NCBI GenBank assembly: GCA_965215685.1
Contig: OZ244113.1
Location: 2,927,487 to 2,991,486 of the forward strand
Direction: 5' to 3'
DNA from: Chitinophagales bacterium
GTDB lineage: Bacteria; Bacteroidota; Bacteroidia; Chitinophagales; JAHQVX01
Length of the DNA: 64,000 nucleotides
Shown here: positions 1-10,177 of the stretch, one piece after another
How the letters are laid out: the number at the start of each line of letters is the position of its first letter
Numbering within the stretch: the stretch's first letter is position 1
The notes under the pieces: generated by a model
The model's input: the letters and a program-made list of their open reading frames with translations, nothing else
What the model was told of the DNA's origin: nothing
The model's database searches: none
Translations under genes and position numbers: made by a program

Positions 1-476
1 TGCCGTTTACCCTCCACAAAAAAGTGCTTGTCTTTATTAATAAATATTCGGGCTATCAAATAGCCGATATCATGCATTCGATTGTACTTGATGGAGTCTG
101 CTAAAAAATTATACACATGAATGACGTTGCAATAAGACCTACGATAATCTTGTTTCACATAATCGAGGTTGGAGACAAAGTGCGCCTCATCAAAACTGAA
201 GATATTGGAGTGCAGACTAAAGACCAATACATCGCCTCCAAACTTTATCTCAGATTCTGTTTCGCTTTTTTCATTATATGTGAGTTCAACCGACTCATCC
301 ACCTCATGCATGGTTGCACCCAACTCGTCAATAAGTTCTTTGAGTACTGTCTGAAATTCAAGAAATATTTCTTTACCCTGACGGTAAATATGCTGCTTTA
401 AAACCGCTTTGTCCTTTAGAGCTTCGAGTATTAGCTGCTTACCGCTACTCAGTTTTCCAACTTGTTGTTCTTCCAT
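1..476 (-). CDS. Conserved Bacteroidota hypothetical protein, partial (3' end runs off the window)
   Basis: Manual translation from ATG at 476 is open to the window edge (MEEQQVGKLSSGKQLILEALKDKAVLKQ...YNFLADSIKYNRMHDIGYLIARIFINKDKHFFVEGKR). It starts 14 bp after the proS stop on the same strand and is absent from the ORF track because no stop lies in the window. Confidence 0.75.
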   Translation of the reverse strand, partial: MEEQQVGKLSSGKQLILEALKDKAVLKQHIYRQGKEIFLEFQTVLKELIDELGATMHEVDESVELTYNEKSETESEIKFGGDVLVFSLHSNIFSFDEAHFVSNLDYVKQDYRRSYCNVIHVYNFLADSIKYNRMHDIGYLIARIFINKDKHFFVEGKR

Positions 477-489
477 TTACACCAGTTGA

Positions 490-1971
490 TTAATACGCCC
501 GGGCAAAGATCACCCTTCGTTTTGATGGTTTAGACGAATATACGCATTGTCCGTCTTCCTCTGCCGAATCAAGTAGTATGCACCTAATGGTGGCTTTGGT
601 TTCTTCCTTTATCTTCTCTTCTGTTTCGGCCGTGCCATCCCAATGAGCACTAATAAACCCGCCTTTAGTGTCCAGTACATCTTTAAATTCTTCCCAGGAG
701 TTCACTTCGGTAGTATGTTCTTCTCTAAATTTTAAAGATTTATTAAACATATTCTTATGAATAGCATCTAAGAGTTTAGGTACTTTATCTTCCACTTCGC
801 TCCATTCGTACAGTGCCTTTTCACCTATGTCTCTGCGCGTAATTTCTACATTACCATTTTCCAAATCGCGCGGACCAATTACTAAGCGCAGCGGATAGCC
901 CTTCAATTCTGCTTCGGCAAATTTGAAGCCCGGTCTTTTTGTGGGATCTTTATCGATGGTAATTCTCAGCCCTATTTTGTTTAACGAATTGTTAAATTCC
1001 TCAGCTTTTTCGAGGAGTTTGCCGTTTAACGCATCATCACGTTTGTTTAACATAGGAATAATAATGGCATGATAAGGTGCAACCTTTGGCGGTAAAACCA
1101 GGCCTTTATCATCGGAGTGTGCCATTATAAGTGCTCCTATTAATCTGGTTGACACACCCCAACTGGTAGCCCACACGTACTCTTCTTTATTATCAGCAGT
1201 TAAAAACTTAACATCAAAGGCTTTAGCAAAATTTTGTCCCAAGAAATGTGATGTACCTGCCTGCAGTGCTTTGCCATCCTGCATTAGGGCTTCAATACAG
1301 TAAGTATCTTCTGCCCCTGCAAACCGCTCGCTTTCAGTTTTAATACCTTTTAAAACCGGTATAGCCAGGTATTTTTCAACGAACTCGGCATATACATCTA
1401 AAATTAACTCCGTTTCTTTTATGGCTTCTTCTCTGGTTTCATGCGCTGTATGTCCTTCCTGCCAAAGAAATTCAGCCGTTCGTAAAAACAAACGTGTACG
1501 CATTTCCCAACGCACAATGTTGGCCCATTGATTTATCAAGAGGGGAAGGTCTCTGTAGCTTTGGATCCAGTTTTTATAACTGTTCCATATAATAGTTTCA
1601 GAAGTAGGTCGTACTATAAGCTCCTCTTCCAATTTGGCATCAGGATCTACGATCACTCCACTGCCGTCTTCGGCGTTTTTAAGCCGATAATGTGTAACCA
1701 CCGCACATTCCTTTGCAAAACCTTCAACATGGGCTGCCTCGCGGCTTAAAAAACTTTTTGGAATAAATAGGGGAAAGTAAGCATTTACATGACCTGTGTC
1801 CTTAAACATTTGATCAAGTTGCGCCTTAATATTTTCCCAAAGTGCAAATCCATACGGTTTAATAACCATACAGCCTCGAACATCGGAATGTTCGGCCAAA
1901 TCTCCTTTTCTTACCAGATCGTTATACCATGCACTGTAATCTTCTTCTCTGCTTGTTATCGCCTTGCTCAT
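490..1971 (-). CDS. proS: Proline--tRNA ligase (archaeal/eukaryote-like type)
   Basis: Class II motifs [48 protein letters not shown] and the C-terminal ATIRCI...IFARAY domain. Confidence 0.97.
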   Translation of the reverse strand: MSKAITSREEDYSAWYNDLVRKGDLAEHSDVRGCMVIKPYGFALWENIKAQLDQMFKDTGHVNAYFPLFIPKSFLSREAAHVEGFAKECAVVTHYRLKNAEDGSGVIVDPDAKLEEELIVRPTSETIIWNSYKNWIQSYRDLPLLINQWANIVRWEMRTRLFLRTAEFLWQEGHTAHETREEAIKETELILDVYAEFVEKYLAIPVLKGIKTESERFAGAEDTYCIEALMQDGKALQAGTSHFLGQNFAKAFDVKFLTADNKEEYVWATSWGVSTRLIGALIMAHSDDKGLVLPPKVAPYHAIIIPMLNKRDDALNGKLLEKAEEFNNSLNKIGLRITIDKDPTKRPGFKFAEAELKGYPLRLVIGPRDLENGNVEITRRDIGEKALYEWSEVEDKVPKLLDAIHKNMFNKSLKFREEHTTEVNSWEEFKDVLDTKGGFISAHWDGTAETEEKIKEETKATIRCILLDSAEEDGQCVYSSKPSKRRVIFARAY

Positions 1972-1985
1972 ATTTATAAAGTGGG

Positions 1986-1993
1986 CAAAGATA
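1986..1993 (-). promoter_or_regulatory. Bacteroidota sigma70 -7 box (TATCTTTG) for proS
   Basis: Exact TAnnTTTG match 15 bp upstream of the proS ATG. Confidence 0.6.
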
Positions 1994-2104
1994 GTTGAAT
2001 AGACATAAGTCTTTTACTCTTGTAACTTTTAGATATAGTGGTTCGTACAAGATCTGGAATGTTATTTGTTAATATAAATCTGTAGATTTACTTAAATACC
2101 AATT

Positions 2105-2722
2105 ATGAGAATATTATACATCCTGGTTGCCTGTGCAGGCCTTTTTCTTTTTGAAGGATGCGGATTAATAAGCAGCTTGTACGATTTAGACCGGAACAGT
2201 GATGAAGTTTTAGTACGGGATTATCAAAACAACGTATTCATTTACTATCCTGATGGAAGAGTAAGGACTGTAGGCAGAGATATTTTTTATCGAACTGATC
2301 CGAACATCTATGGCATATACCGCAATCCGAGAACGGGAAGATACTCTTGCCCGTCAAACCGCAACCGGTATCCCAGAACGCGACCACCTGTTAACCAGCG
2401 CGATCAACAAGCCGGCAACAGAAGATATCCGAACAACAGACCAACATCCAGTCCTGATGGCGGTCGTAAAACTCGTCCGGTTACGCAACCAAATAATCGT
2501 CCGGTCACAAGTCCGGGAGGGGATGCGCCAAGATCGAGAAGAGCACCAAGGCCCGTAAGCAACGAAAAAGCCATAAGAATGAACAGGCCTACAAATAATA
2601 ATCGAACTATTTCTCGAACACCCTCACGAAGCCGAACGCCAAGTTCTACGCCAGCAAGCAGACCTCAGATGAGAACTCCTCGAACGGCTCCAAGTGGTAA
2701 CGATAGTATAAGACCGAGGTAA
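2105..2722 (+). CDS. Putative lipoprotein with an Arg/Pro/Asn-rich disordered C-terminus
   Basis: Hydrophobic signal ending in LFEG-C, then a short Tyr/Arg-rich segment and a long low-complexity tail. Followed by a terminator. Confidence 0.65.
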   Translation: MRILYILVACAGLFLFEGCGLISSLYDLDRNSDEVLVRDYQNNVFIYYPDGRVRTVGRDIFYRTDPNIYGIYRNPRTGRYSCPSNRNRYPRTRPPVNQRDQQAGNRRYPNNRPTSSPDGGRKTRPVTQPNNRPVTSPGGDAPRSRRAPRPVSNEKAIRMNRPTNNNRTISRTPSRSRTPSSTPASRPQMRTPRTAPSGNDSIRPR

Positions 2723-2748
2723 AAATCTTCAGATTAAATGAAAGTAAG

Positions 2749-2776
2749 GCGCGCCGGATTTAGGCGCGCTTTTTTT
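2749..2776 (+). terminator. Intrinsic terminator
   Basis: GCGCGCC-GGATTTA-GGCGCGC stem-loop followed by T7, between convergent genes. Confidence 0.7.
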
Positions 2777-3947
2777 AGCTGCCGCCCTTCCGGCGGATCA
2801 GTTCCTTTTTAATGAGTGCAAGCTCGCGGCTGGTTTGTCCGTCAACCGAAGTGTTTTCCTGTGCCCGACGAATTAAATACGGTATGAGTTCTTTCACCGG
2901 TCCGTATGGCACATATTTCGACGCATTATAGCCTTCCTTAGCCAAATTAAAAGTCAAATGATCGCCCATACCATAAAGCTGCGATGTAATTATATGTTTA
3001 TGATCCTTGTTAACATTATGCTTAACGATCAACTCTTCCAAAAGGTAATTGCTTTCCTCATTATGTGTGGCTACGCACATAGCAATTTCATCAATATGTT
3101 CCAAACAAAACGCAATTGCCAGGTTGTAGTCTCTGTCGGTTGCCTCCTTATCCGGTTGAATTGGTGATGCATAATTCATTTCAGCCGCCCGTTCCCGTTC
3201 TTTTTCCATGTAGGCACCGCGAACCAGTTTTACTGCCAAAATATAATGTTCATTTTTCGCATGCTCATATAACTCTTTTAAATAGCTTAAACGGTCGTGA
3301 CGGTAAAGCTGAATAGTATTGAACACTATTGGTCTTTCTTTGTTATATTTTCGCATCATCATCATAACCAAATCGTCAATAGCTTGCTGCATCCAGCTTT
3401 CTTCCGCATCAAAATAAATGGAGTTTCCGCTATCATAGGCTGCTTTGCTTATCATTTCCACTCTTTCTATCACCCGCTCCCAGGCCGCTTCATCCTGTGG
3501 ATTTAAACCCTGGCCCAAACTCACTTTTTCCAACAGATAGTCGCTTGACAGGGCAGTGATTTTTGAGCTGGCAATGTTGGTGTTAGGATCTTCTTTAACA
3601 TAGGCTATTTTCCTTACCAGAGTTGACGCAATTTCATCTAATATCTTTTCATCATTTTTGGCCTCTACACCGTAATCCAGAATTGTTTCTATGTTGTATT
3701 TGGCCAATTCTTTAATTACTCTTTGTGATTCATCAATGCTTTCACCGCCAACAAAGGCTTCGAAAATGGAATTTTTAACCATATTTTTAATGGGCAGATG
3801 CCACTTAAACGCCCACAGTGTAAGGCTTTTACCCATATTAGATAGCGCATTATTATTTAAAAGCCTGAAAAGAAGGTGAAGCCTTTTCAATTGTTTGCGT
3901 GTTTTGGAAGCAAATGCAATTTCGGTATTGTCAAAATTTAAAGCCAT
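2775..3947 (-). CDS. Monofunctional proline dehydrogenase
   Basis: Motifs YFDAEESWMQ, NTIQLYRHDRL, KLVRGAYMEKE, VATHNEES, QLYGMGD, KYVPYGPV..LIPYLIRRAQENTS. No P5C dehydrogenase domain. Confidence 0.92.
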   Translation of the reverse strand: MALNFDNTEIAFASKTRKQLKRLHLLFRLLNNNALSNMGKSLTLWAFKWHLPIKNMVKNSIFEAFVGGESIDESQRVIKELAKYNIETILDYGVEAKNDEKILDEIASTLVRKIAYVKEDPNTNIASSKITALSSDYLLEKVSLGQGLNPQDEAAWERVIERVEMISKAAYDSGNSIYFDAEESWMQQAIDDLVMMMMRKYNKERPIVFNTIQLYRHDRLSYLKELYEHAKNEHYILAVKLVRGAYMEKERERAAEMNYASPIQPDKEATDRDYNLAIAFCLEHIDEIAMCVATHNEESNYLLEELIVKHNVNKDHKHIITSQLYGMGDHLTFNLAKEGYNASKYVPYGPVKELIPYLIRRAQENTSVDGQTSRELALIKKELIRRKGGS

Positions 3948-3970
3948 GATTCCTCTAAATTAATACCCGA

Positions 3971-4720
3971 TTACGAGTCTGACACCCAAATCTTCCAACT
4001 CTCTTCCGCCTGAATCTCGAGCATTTCTTTTCCGTTCTTTATTTGTGCTCCCTGTTGCTGGCCTTTTTTTAAAAAGGCTGTTACTTCAGGATTGTAAACC
4101 AAATCCAATAAAACATGATCATTATTTATAGAGTTGTAAGGAATGGGGGGAAACTCATCGACTTTTGGAAAGGTACCAAGCGGTGTGGTATTGATAATTA
4201 TTTGGTATCGGGCAAGCAGTTTTTCAGAAATATCGGCGTAGGTTATATGACCATGAGCCAAGCTTCTGGATACAATAAGGAAGTTAATTTTCATGGATTC
4301 AAGAGAGTATGCTACGGCTTTGGCAGCACCGCCGCTTCCCAGAATCAGGGCACTATCTTTGTTTTCCATTAAAAGTTGAAAGGATCTTTTAAAGCCTGCT
4401 ATGTCAGTATTGTAGCCTTCCCATGTTCCGTTATTTTCATTACGTTTAACGGTATTAACAGCCCCAATATCAGCCGCATTTTGGTCAATGCTATCCAAAA
4501 ACTGAATGATCAATTCTTTGTAAGGAATGGTTACATTAAAGCCCTTGATTGATTGATCAGCTGTGGCTTGAGAAAGAAAAAAAGCAGGATCAAGACTTTC
4601 AAATTTTTTGTATTCAACGCCTTCAATTCCTTCTCTTTTAAACTTACTAGCAAAGTATTGGGGAGAAAAACTATGGCTCAACGGATAGCCCAATATGCCG
4701 TAAATCCTTTTAACGTTCAT
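3971..4720 (-). CDS. aroE: Shikimate dehydrogenase
   Basis: GYPLSHSFSP, GFNVTIPYK, GAVNT, GYNTD, LILGSGGAAKA, INTTPLG, DLVYNP, NGKEML. Confidence 0.93.
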   Translation of the reverse strand: MNVKRIYGILGYPLSHSFSPQYFASKFKREGIEGVEYKKFESLDPAFFLSQATADQSIKGFNVTIPYKELIIQFLDSIDQNAADIGAVNTVKRNENNGTWEGYNTDIAGFKRSFQLLMENKDSALILGSGGAAKAVAYSLESMKINFLIVSRSLAHGHITYADISEKLLARYQIIINTTPLGTFPKVDEFPPIPYNSINNDHVLLDLVYNPEVTAFLKKGQQQGAQIKNGKEMLEIQAEESWKIWVSDS

Positions 4721-5639
4721 CTGTACTGTTCAATTTTTCCAAGCCAAATACAACGAAACATCCAAGTATGAAAAACAGTAATGCCATCAATAATTGCGAA
4801 GGTGCCTGATTCAGTTCTGTCCATTGTGCCGGTAAAATGCTTTTTTCGGTAAGGGGTTGTATTTCGCCATGACTATCGGTGTACGTCGAAAGCACTTGTT
4901 TCCAGGGCCAAACTTTGTTCAATGCCCCTATCATAAAACCGGTTAGCAAGGCTAAGGTAATATCTTTAAAGTGTTTAAAAAGGTAACCTAAAATATTAGA
5001 AAATGCGAGCAGACCAATAATTGCACCCCCTATAAAGGGTAGCAGAATTTTAAGATTCAATTCTCCCACCGCACCTACCACAATACTATACATTCCGAGT
5101 AAAAGAAGTATGAAGGAACCCGATATACCAGGCAATATCATGGCACAAATGGCAATGGCTCCACTTAAAACGATGTACCAGACTGAGGCATTACCATTTG
5201 CCGGAGTTATAGTGGTAATAAAGTAGGCTGCTACTGCACCAGCAAGAAGTACCACTGCACATAAAACATTCCAACGCTTTATTTGCGTTGCAATAAAAAT
5301 AGCGGATGCCAGTATTAATCCGAAGAAAAAAGCCCAAACGAGAATGGGATAATTGCTTAAGAGAAAGGTGATAAGCCTGGCAAGACTAAAAATGCTTATT
5401 GCAATTCCGACCAACAGGCTTAACAGAAACCAGCCGTTAATATGTTTCCAAAAGGATGGAATTCCTTTTTTGATCAGAATTTGAACAGCTTTTCCATTAA
5501 CAGATCTGATGCTGTTTATTAGTTCCTCATAAATACCGGTAATAAAAGCAATGGTACCACCTGATACTCCGGGTACTACATCGGCTGCTCCCATAGCTAT
5601 GCCTTTAAGAAAAACGGGGAGTCGAAATTTTGCTTTCAT
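4710..5639 (-). CDS. DUF368 family integral membrane protein
   Basis: Repeated motif KGIAMGAADVVPGVSGGTIA / AICAMILPGISGSFILL and multiple TM helices. Confidence 0.87.
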   Translation of the reverse strand: MKAKFRLPVFLKGIAMGAADVVPGVSGGTIAFITGIYEELINSIRSVNGKAVQILIKKGIPSFWKHINGWFLLSLLVGIAISIFSLARLITFLLSNYPILVWAFFFGLILASAIFIATQIKRWNVLCAVVLLAGAVAAYFITTITPANGNASVWYIVLSGAIAICAMILPGISGSFILLLLGMYSIVVGAVGELNLKILLPFIGGAIIGLLAFSNILGYLFKHFKDITLALLTGFMIGALNKVWPWKQVLSTYTDSHGEIQPLTEKSILPAQWTELNQAPSQLLMALLFFILGCFVVFGLEKLNSTDER

Positions 5640-6415
5640 CAGCCCTCCTCTGAGCCATTTTCAAGAAAGTGATGGAAAGTATCTCCGCGAAGGCCCAATC
5701 GGAGTGTCTCCAAAGCTATTACCTCATCCGGACGAATGTTGCCCAGGTTGACATTAGCTCCGAGCAATTTCACAAACCATACTTGTTGGGCTTTTAAAGG
5801 AGCTTCCCAAATTATTTTCGTTTTGTCTATCTGCGTTAATATTTCATCTACCAGCCCCGATCGCACCTCCCCTGTTTTTCTAAAAATACCTACGGTACCA
5901 CTTTCGCGGGCTTCAGCAATAAGTTTCCAGGTTCCGGCATCCAGTTCCGCCCGCATCATTTGTATCCATTTGTATGGCGCAATGATCTTTTCAATATCCT
6001 TTGAGCCCACCTCGCTCAAAACCTTTACATCCTTCGATAAAATCCTGATGTATTCACATTTTTGTTCCTGTGAAATTTCTATAGAACCATCAGACACCTC
6101 AACCAAATCAAGTTTGTATTTATCAAGTATTCTTCGGTAGTCGTCAAACTGGTTGCGTACAATAAAGGCTTCAAATAAAGTACCGCCGAAGTAAACCGGA
6201 ATATCATAATCCTGATAAAGTTTAATCTTTTCGGTAAGATTAGGGGTAACGTAAGATGTCCCAAATCCCAACTTTATCATATCTACAAAAGGATGAGCAA
6301 TAAGTAGAAAGTTCTCTGCTTCGCGGGTACTTAGCCCCTTGTCCATTACCATGGTAAGGCCAAAATCGCGTGGTTTGCTTTCCCTTTTAGGAAGGCCGCT
6401 AAGGGTAAAATGCAT
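5639..6415 (-). CDS. comA: Phosphosulfolactate synthase family protein
   Basis: GLTMVMDKG, KLGFGTS, YFGGTLFE, VEVSDGSI, LSEVGSKD, IAEARESG, IIWEAP, NVNLGNI, LETLRLGLRGDT. Confidence 0.9.
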   Translation of the reverse strand: MHFTLSGLPKRESKPRDFGLTMVMDKGLSTREAENFLLIAHPFVDMIKLGFGTSYVTPNLTEKIKLYQDYDIPVYFGGTLFEAFIVRNQFDDYRRILDKYKLDLVEVSDGSIEISQEQKCEYIRILSKDVKVLSEVGSKDIEKIIAPYKWIQMMRAELDAGTWKLIAEARESGTVGIFRKTGEVRSGLVDEILTQIDKTKIIWEAPLKAQQVWFVKLLGANVNLGNIRPDEVIALETLRLGLRGDTFHHFLENGSEEG

Positions 6416-6424
6416 AGGCTTTAA

Positions 6425-7846
6425 TTACTCCTGATACTGTTTTAATAGATCAATTATTTCCTGTTGATTTTCCAGTTCAGGAAACAAAGCAAAGATAGAT
6501 GATTTGAGTTTGGGAGACAGGTTTATTGCTTCAGAAAGTTGGTTTAATCCCTCTAAGTTTTTTCCGGCCTTTAGCAAAAAAGCAGATTTAGTATAAATGA
6601 GTTTTGCATTGCCGGGGTTTGTTTCAATTCCCCTGTCCAATACATTAAACAGCATTTCGCTCATGTCCAGCGTATAGTAGCACTTAGCCAAATAAATCCA
6701 ATAGGTAACTTTATGCTCATTAAGCGCAATGGCTTTTATAAAACAGCCTGCCGCTTCAATATATTCTTCTACTTCAAACTGTAGTTTACCAAGGGAGTTC
6801 CAGTATTTTACTTTATCGCTGTTAAATTCTAAGGCACGTTTGTAATAAAAAATTGCCTGTCTGAAATTTGATTCCTTTTCGTAAGATTTTCCAATAAGGT
6901 AGTAACAATTAGCTGTAGCCTGATTGCCTTTTACTTCCCCCATGGCACTTCTGAAATGTTTGCGGGCAACTTCAAACCGACCTTCATTCAAATCGCACTT
7001 TCCTATTTCAATGGATATCTGAGGTTTCTGGTTAAATAGCTCTCCAATTTCAGAAAAAATCTGTCTGGCTTTATCCCACTGCTCTACCTTGCACAAGCAG
7101 GCTGCCAGATCCCAATACACATAATAATAATCATCGTTTATGGCAGTTGCATATTCATAAGCATCTATGGCTTTTTCGTAAAAACCTGATTCTTCATAAG
7201 CATTGCCTAAATTGTTCCATGCCAAATAGTTGTACGGATTAACGTTCAACAATTCTTTATGGAAATCTATGGCCTCTTCATATCTCCCTGCATCATCAAT
7301 AAAGTTCCAGTACCTGTTTAACGCTTCTTCATTGTCCGGACTAAATCTTAAGCATTGCTTCAGCCACAGACCCAAACTCTCAAAATCGTGCATCTGCTCA
7401 TATACATCTGCTATTTCTAAATACACATCGGCTTTATCACCTTCATCCACCACATTTAGCAACGCTTTATAAGCAGTTAGGGCCTCTTCATACTTCAATT
7501 CTGCTAATTTTATATCAGCCAGTAAAAGCATAACATCAGGCGAGTTAGGTTCATAAAGCCGTGCCTTCTCATAAGCTTCTTTGGCCTTTTCAAGCTTTTT
7601 ACGTTGAATTTGGATCTGAGCTTCACGAACATAAAAATTACCGGAAAAAGGAAAAACCTCCGTTGCCTGATGTATGGCGGCGAAAGCCTTGTCAAAATCT
7701 CCGTTAAACTCATAATATTCGATCAATCGCTCATACTCTTCTTCGGTTAAAAACGATACGTAATCATTGTATAAATTATCCTCAAAAAGTGCCAAAAGTT
7801 CCTTCAGATCATTGTCTTTAGGATGAAAGTGTTTTTCGTTCATCAC
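6425..7846 (-). CDS. Tetratricopeptide-repeat protein
   Basis: Multiple 34-aa TPR-like units (AWNNLGNAYEESGFYEKAIDAYEYA; YWNSLGKLQFEVEEYIEAAGCFIKA). Confidence 0.87.
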   Translation of the reverse strand: MMNEKHFHPKDNDLKELLALFEDNLYNDYVSFLTEEEYERLIEYYEFNGDFDKAFAAIHQATEVFPFSGNFYVREAQIQIQRKKLEKAKEAYEKARLYEPNSPDVMLLLADIKLAELKYEEALTAYKALLNVVDEGDKADVYLEIADVYEQMHDFESLGLWLKQCLRFSPDNEEALNRYWNFIDDAGRYEEAIDFHKELLNVNPYNYLAWNNLGNAYEESGFYEKAIDAYEYATAINDDYYYVYWDLAACLCKVEQWDKARQIFSEIGELFNQKPQISIEIGKCDLNEGRFEVARKHFRSAMGEVKGNQATANCYYLIGKSYEKESNFRQAIFYYKRALEFNSDKVKYWNSLGKLQFEVEEYIEAAGCFIKAIALNEHKVTYWIYLAKCYYTLDMSEMLFNVLDRGIETNPGNAKLIYTKSAFLLKAGKNLEGLNQLSEAINLSPKLKSSIFALFPELENQQEIIDLLKQYQE

Positions 7847-8030
7847 CTGTTTTCCGGTTTAATAGAACCATATCAAATATAAATATCCAAATCAAGTATA
7901 AAACTTCCTTTTCCACAATAGGCTGCTTACCAACATGAACCGGAAAAGTTGAGTAAATATATCTATCCTAATCCGGATATAACACGGTGTAATATGTTGT
8001 TAAAATCGACAACATGCACTATTAAGGCAC

Positions 8031-8038
8031 TAATTTTG
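8031..8038 (+). promoter_or_regulatory. Bacteroidota -7 box (TAATTTTG)
   Basis: Exact TAnnTTTG match 18 bp before the ATG at 8057. Confidence 0.5.
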
Positions 8039-8056
8039 TAATGTTGTAACTAATTA

Positions 8057-10177
8057 ATGAAAAGAATGCGTACAGTCTTAGTTCTCGCCCTCTTAGCATG
8101 CAGCCCTGTAACCGTATCTGCACAAAACACGGCAGCTAATGTTATTGCCAGAATTAATCAGGAAATAGACGAATTACAGTACCAAATAGATGGTTTTGAC
8201 GGCATAACGGACAACACCGTTACGCATAAAAACAGCAGGTTTACCGAACGAGCCACAGCAGCATACATTACCCAAATAAATGAGCTGCAGAAAGAGATTA
8301 ATGAGGCTGACGAAAAGTATATACCCACACGAAACAAGCTGCGCGATCTTCGTCGGCGTTTAAAACCTATAGACCGTAATAATCTGTTCGAGTCTTATAA
8401 CTTGGATAAGTTAGAAATTGCCTACTACTCCCAAAAAGGGTTAAGACCTCAATATGTGGCTTCACGTTTGGAAAAAAATGTGCAGTTAGCCATAGACTAT
8501 TTTGATATCTATAAGAATCAACCTTATGCCTATCAAATAATTAAATCGGTTGCTGATAATGACCCGGAACGCTTTATGCGTAATATTGAAATGTTCGAGC
8601 AGTCACCATATGTAACAAAGGTTATTGATGATCTGGTAGCCCTTGATCCCATAAAAATGAAGCGCTGGGTAAATACCAATACACCCATGAATGCCATACT
8701 ATACCGAAGCACGAATTCTGTTACCCGCAATTTTCTAAACGTGTTTAACATACATGGAAGGGCAAGCAAGGCGTACTATATGCTTGATGACATTACCTGC
8801 GGTAAAATGACTGCCGCAGAAGCAGATCTTACAGGCAGTGAATTAACAACTTTCAATAAAAAGCTTATTGAGCTTTCTAAAAAGGACAACATAATAGCCG
8901 AACGATCAGTGCACGAAAAGTTGAGAGAAAATGCTCTAAGGATAATAAGACCAATAAATGATTTGCACGAAAATTACAATGAGGCCGTCCGGTTTAAATC
9001 GGCCGAAGATTTGAGTGCAGAAGAGCTTTACAGTTACATGGTTTATACCCAGGATGAGATATTCACATCAACGTTTAATGGCTTCTATAAACGTTTTAAG
9101 AAAAAACTGGCGCAAAAGGATTCGTACGAGTTTTTACAGGAAATGAACATGAACCGTTATCGCACATTTATTAAAATGTGTGCAGGTTACAGTGTCCTAC
9201 CCGACTTTCTGAGTAAAATGTCTGATCAAAATCAGAAGCTTTTAATGGATAGGTTCGTTTCCAACCTGGAAGAAGGCGACACCAAAGAGAGTTTAACGGC
9301 CGCTGTGGATGTTGCCGATACTTTTGGAAGTATCAACGATAGAGAAATGAAGGACTTCTTTGCCTCTAAGATAAAATCGGAACTTGGCCGCGTTACGCAA
9401 TACAATAACAGACACGGTATTCGCATTTATAAGCTTTTGGCCGTTCTGTTGAATACGGAAAAGACTTATTCCGATGAGTGGATAGCCCAACTCGTTAATC
9501 AATACGACATTCCCAGGATCAATGAATTAGACCACGAATCATTGAAAAACCACGATGGCATTATTGTTCAGCAGGTGTTTTTCTTTGATGATAAAGACGG
9601 AGAGCAATCGTATAAAAGTTTTATGCCTTCTTTCAGAAATGGAAACTGGAAAATTGAAGACAAAAACACCTTCGTGAAGATGATCTCAACGGGTAAACAA
9701 AAAATTGAAGTTTATGCCAACAAGCCTCAGCATGAATTTGAGGGTAAGGCTGATTTACGTAAATTATTCAGAGCAACCGGAAAATATCCAAGCGTAGTGA
9801 TACATCGTGGGCATAGTTTTTATGTTGATACTACCATTAACTCGCTTACACCTTATGCTAAATTAGTAGTTTTGGGCTCATGCGGTGGTTATCATAAACT
9901 CACCAATGTAATAGAGCGCACTCCCGATGTACGCATTATTTCCAGTAAACAAACCGGAACAATGTCCATTAACGATCCTATGATTCGCCAGCTGAACAAC
10001 GAAATGCTAAACAGCCGGAATATTAAATGGCAAAGTTTCTGGAATAAGTTGGGAAGTAAGTTTAAATCTAATCCGGCCACTTACAAAAAATTTCAGGATT
10101 ACGTACCTCCTCATAAAAACCTGGGTGCCATTTTTATTATGGCCTACCAACGTATGAAAAACTTAGATGAGAGTTAA
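8057..10177 (+). CDS. Secreted hypothetical protein with a possible C-terminal caspase-fold (clan CD) His/Cys dyad
   Basis: 706-aa ORF with a signal peptide (VSA|QN). The C-terminal VIHRGHS...LVVLGSCGG suggests a protease domain by motif similarity only. Confidence 0.75.
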   Translation: MKRMRTVLVLALLACSPVTVSAQNTAANVIARINQEIDELQYQIDGFDGITDNTVTHKNSRFTERATAAYITQINELQKEINEADEKYIPTRNKLRDLRRRLKPIDRNNLFESYNLDKLEIAYYSQKGLRPQYVASRLEKNVQLAIDYFDIYKNQPYAYQIIKSVADNDPERFMRNIEMFEQSPYVTKVIDDLVALDPIKMKRWVNTNTPMNAILYRSTNSVTRNFLNVFNIHGRASKAYYMLDDITCGKMTAAEADLTGSELTTFNKKLIELSKKDNIIAERSVHEKLRENALRIIRPINDLHENYNEAVRFKSAEDLSAEELYSYMVYTQDEIFTSTFNGFYKRFKKKLAQKDSYEFLQEMNMNRYRTFIKMCAGYSVLPDFLSKMSDQNQKLLMDRFVSNLEEGDTKESLTAAVDVADTFGSINDREMKDFFASKIKSELGRVTQYNNRHGIRIYKLLAVLLNTEKTYSDEWIAQLVNQYDIPRINELDHESLKNHDGIIVQQVFFFDDKDGEQSYKSFMPSFRNGNWKIEDKNTFVKMISTGKQKIEVYANKPQHEFEGKADLRKLFRATGKYPSVVIHRGHSFYVDTTINSLTPYAKLVVLGSCGGYHKLTNVIERTPDVRIISSKQTGTMSINDPMIRQLNNEMLNSRNIKWQSFWNKLGSKFKSNPATYKKFQDYVPPHKNLGAIFIMAYQRMKNLDES

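Noticed and set aside
117-401. Plus-strand ORFs 117-401 and 169-354, and the many other short ORFs antisense or overlapping to called genes
   Set aside because: They are shadows of well-supported genes; here the real gene is the partial minus-strand CDS starting at 476.
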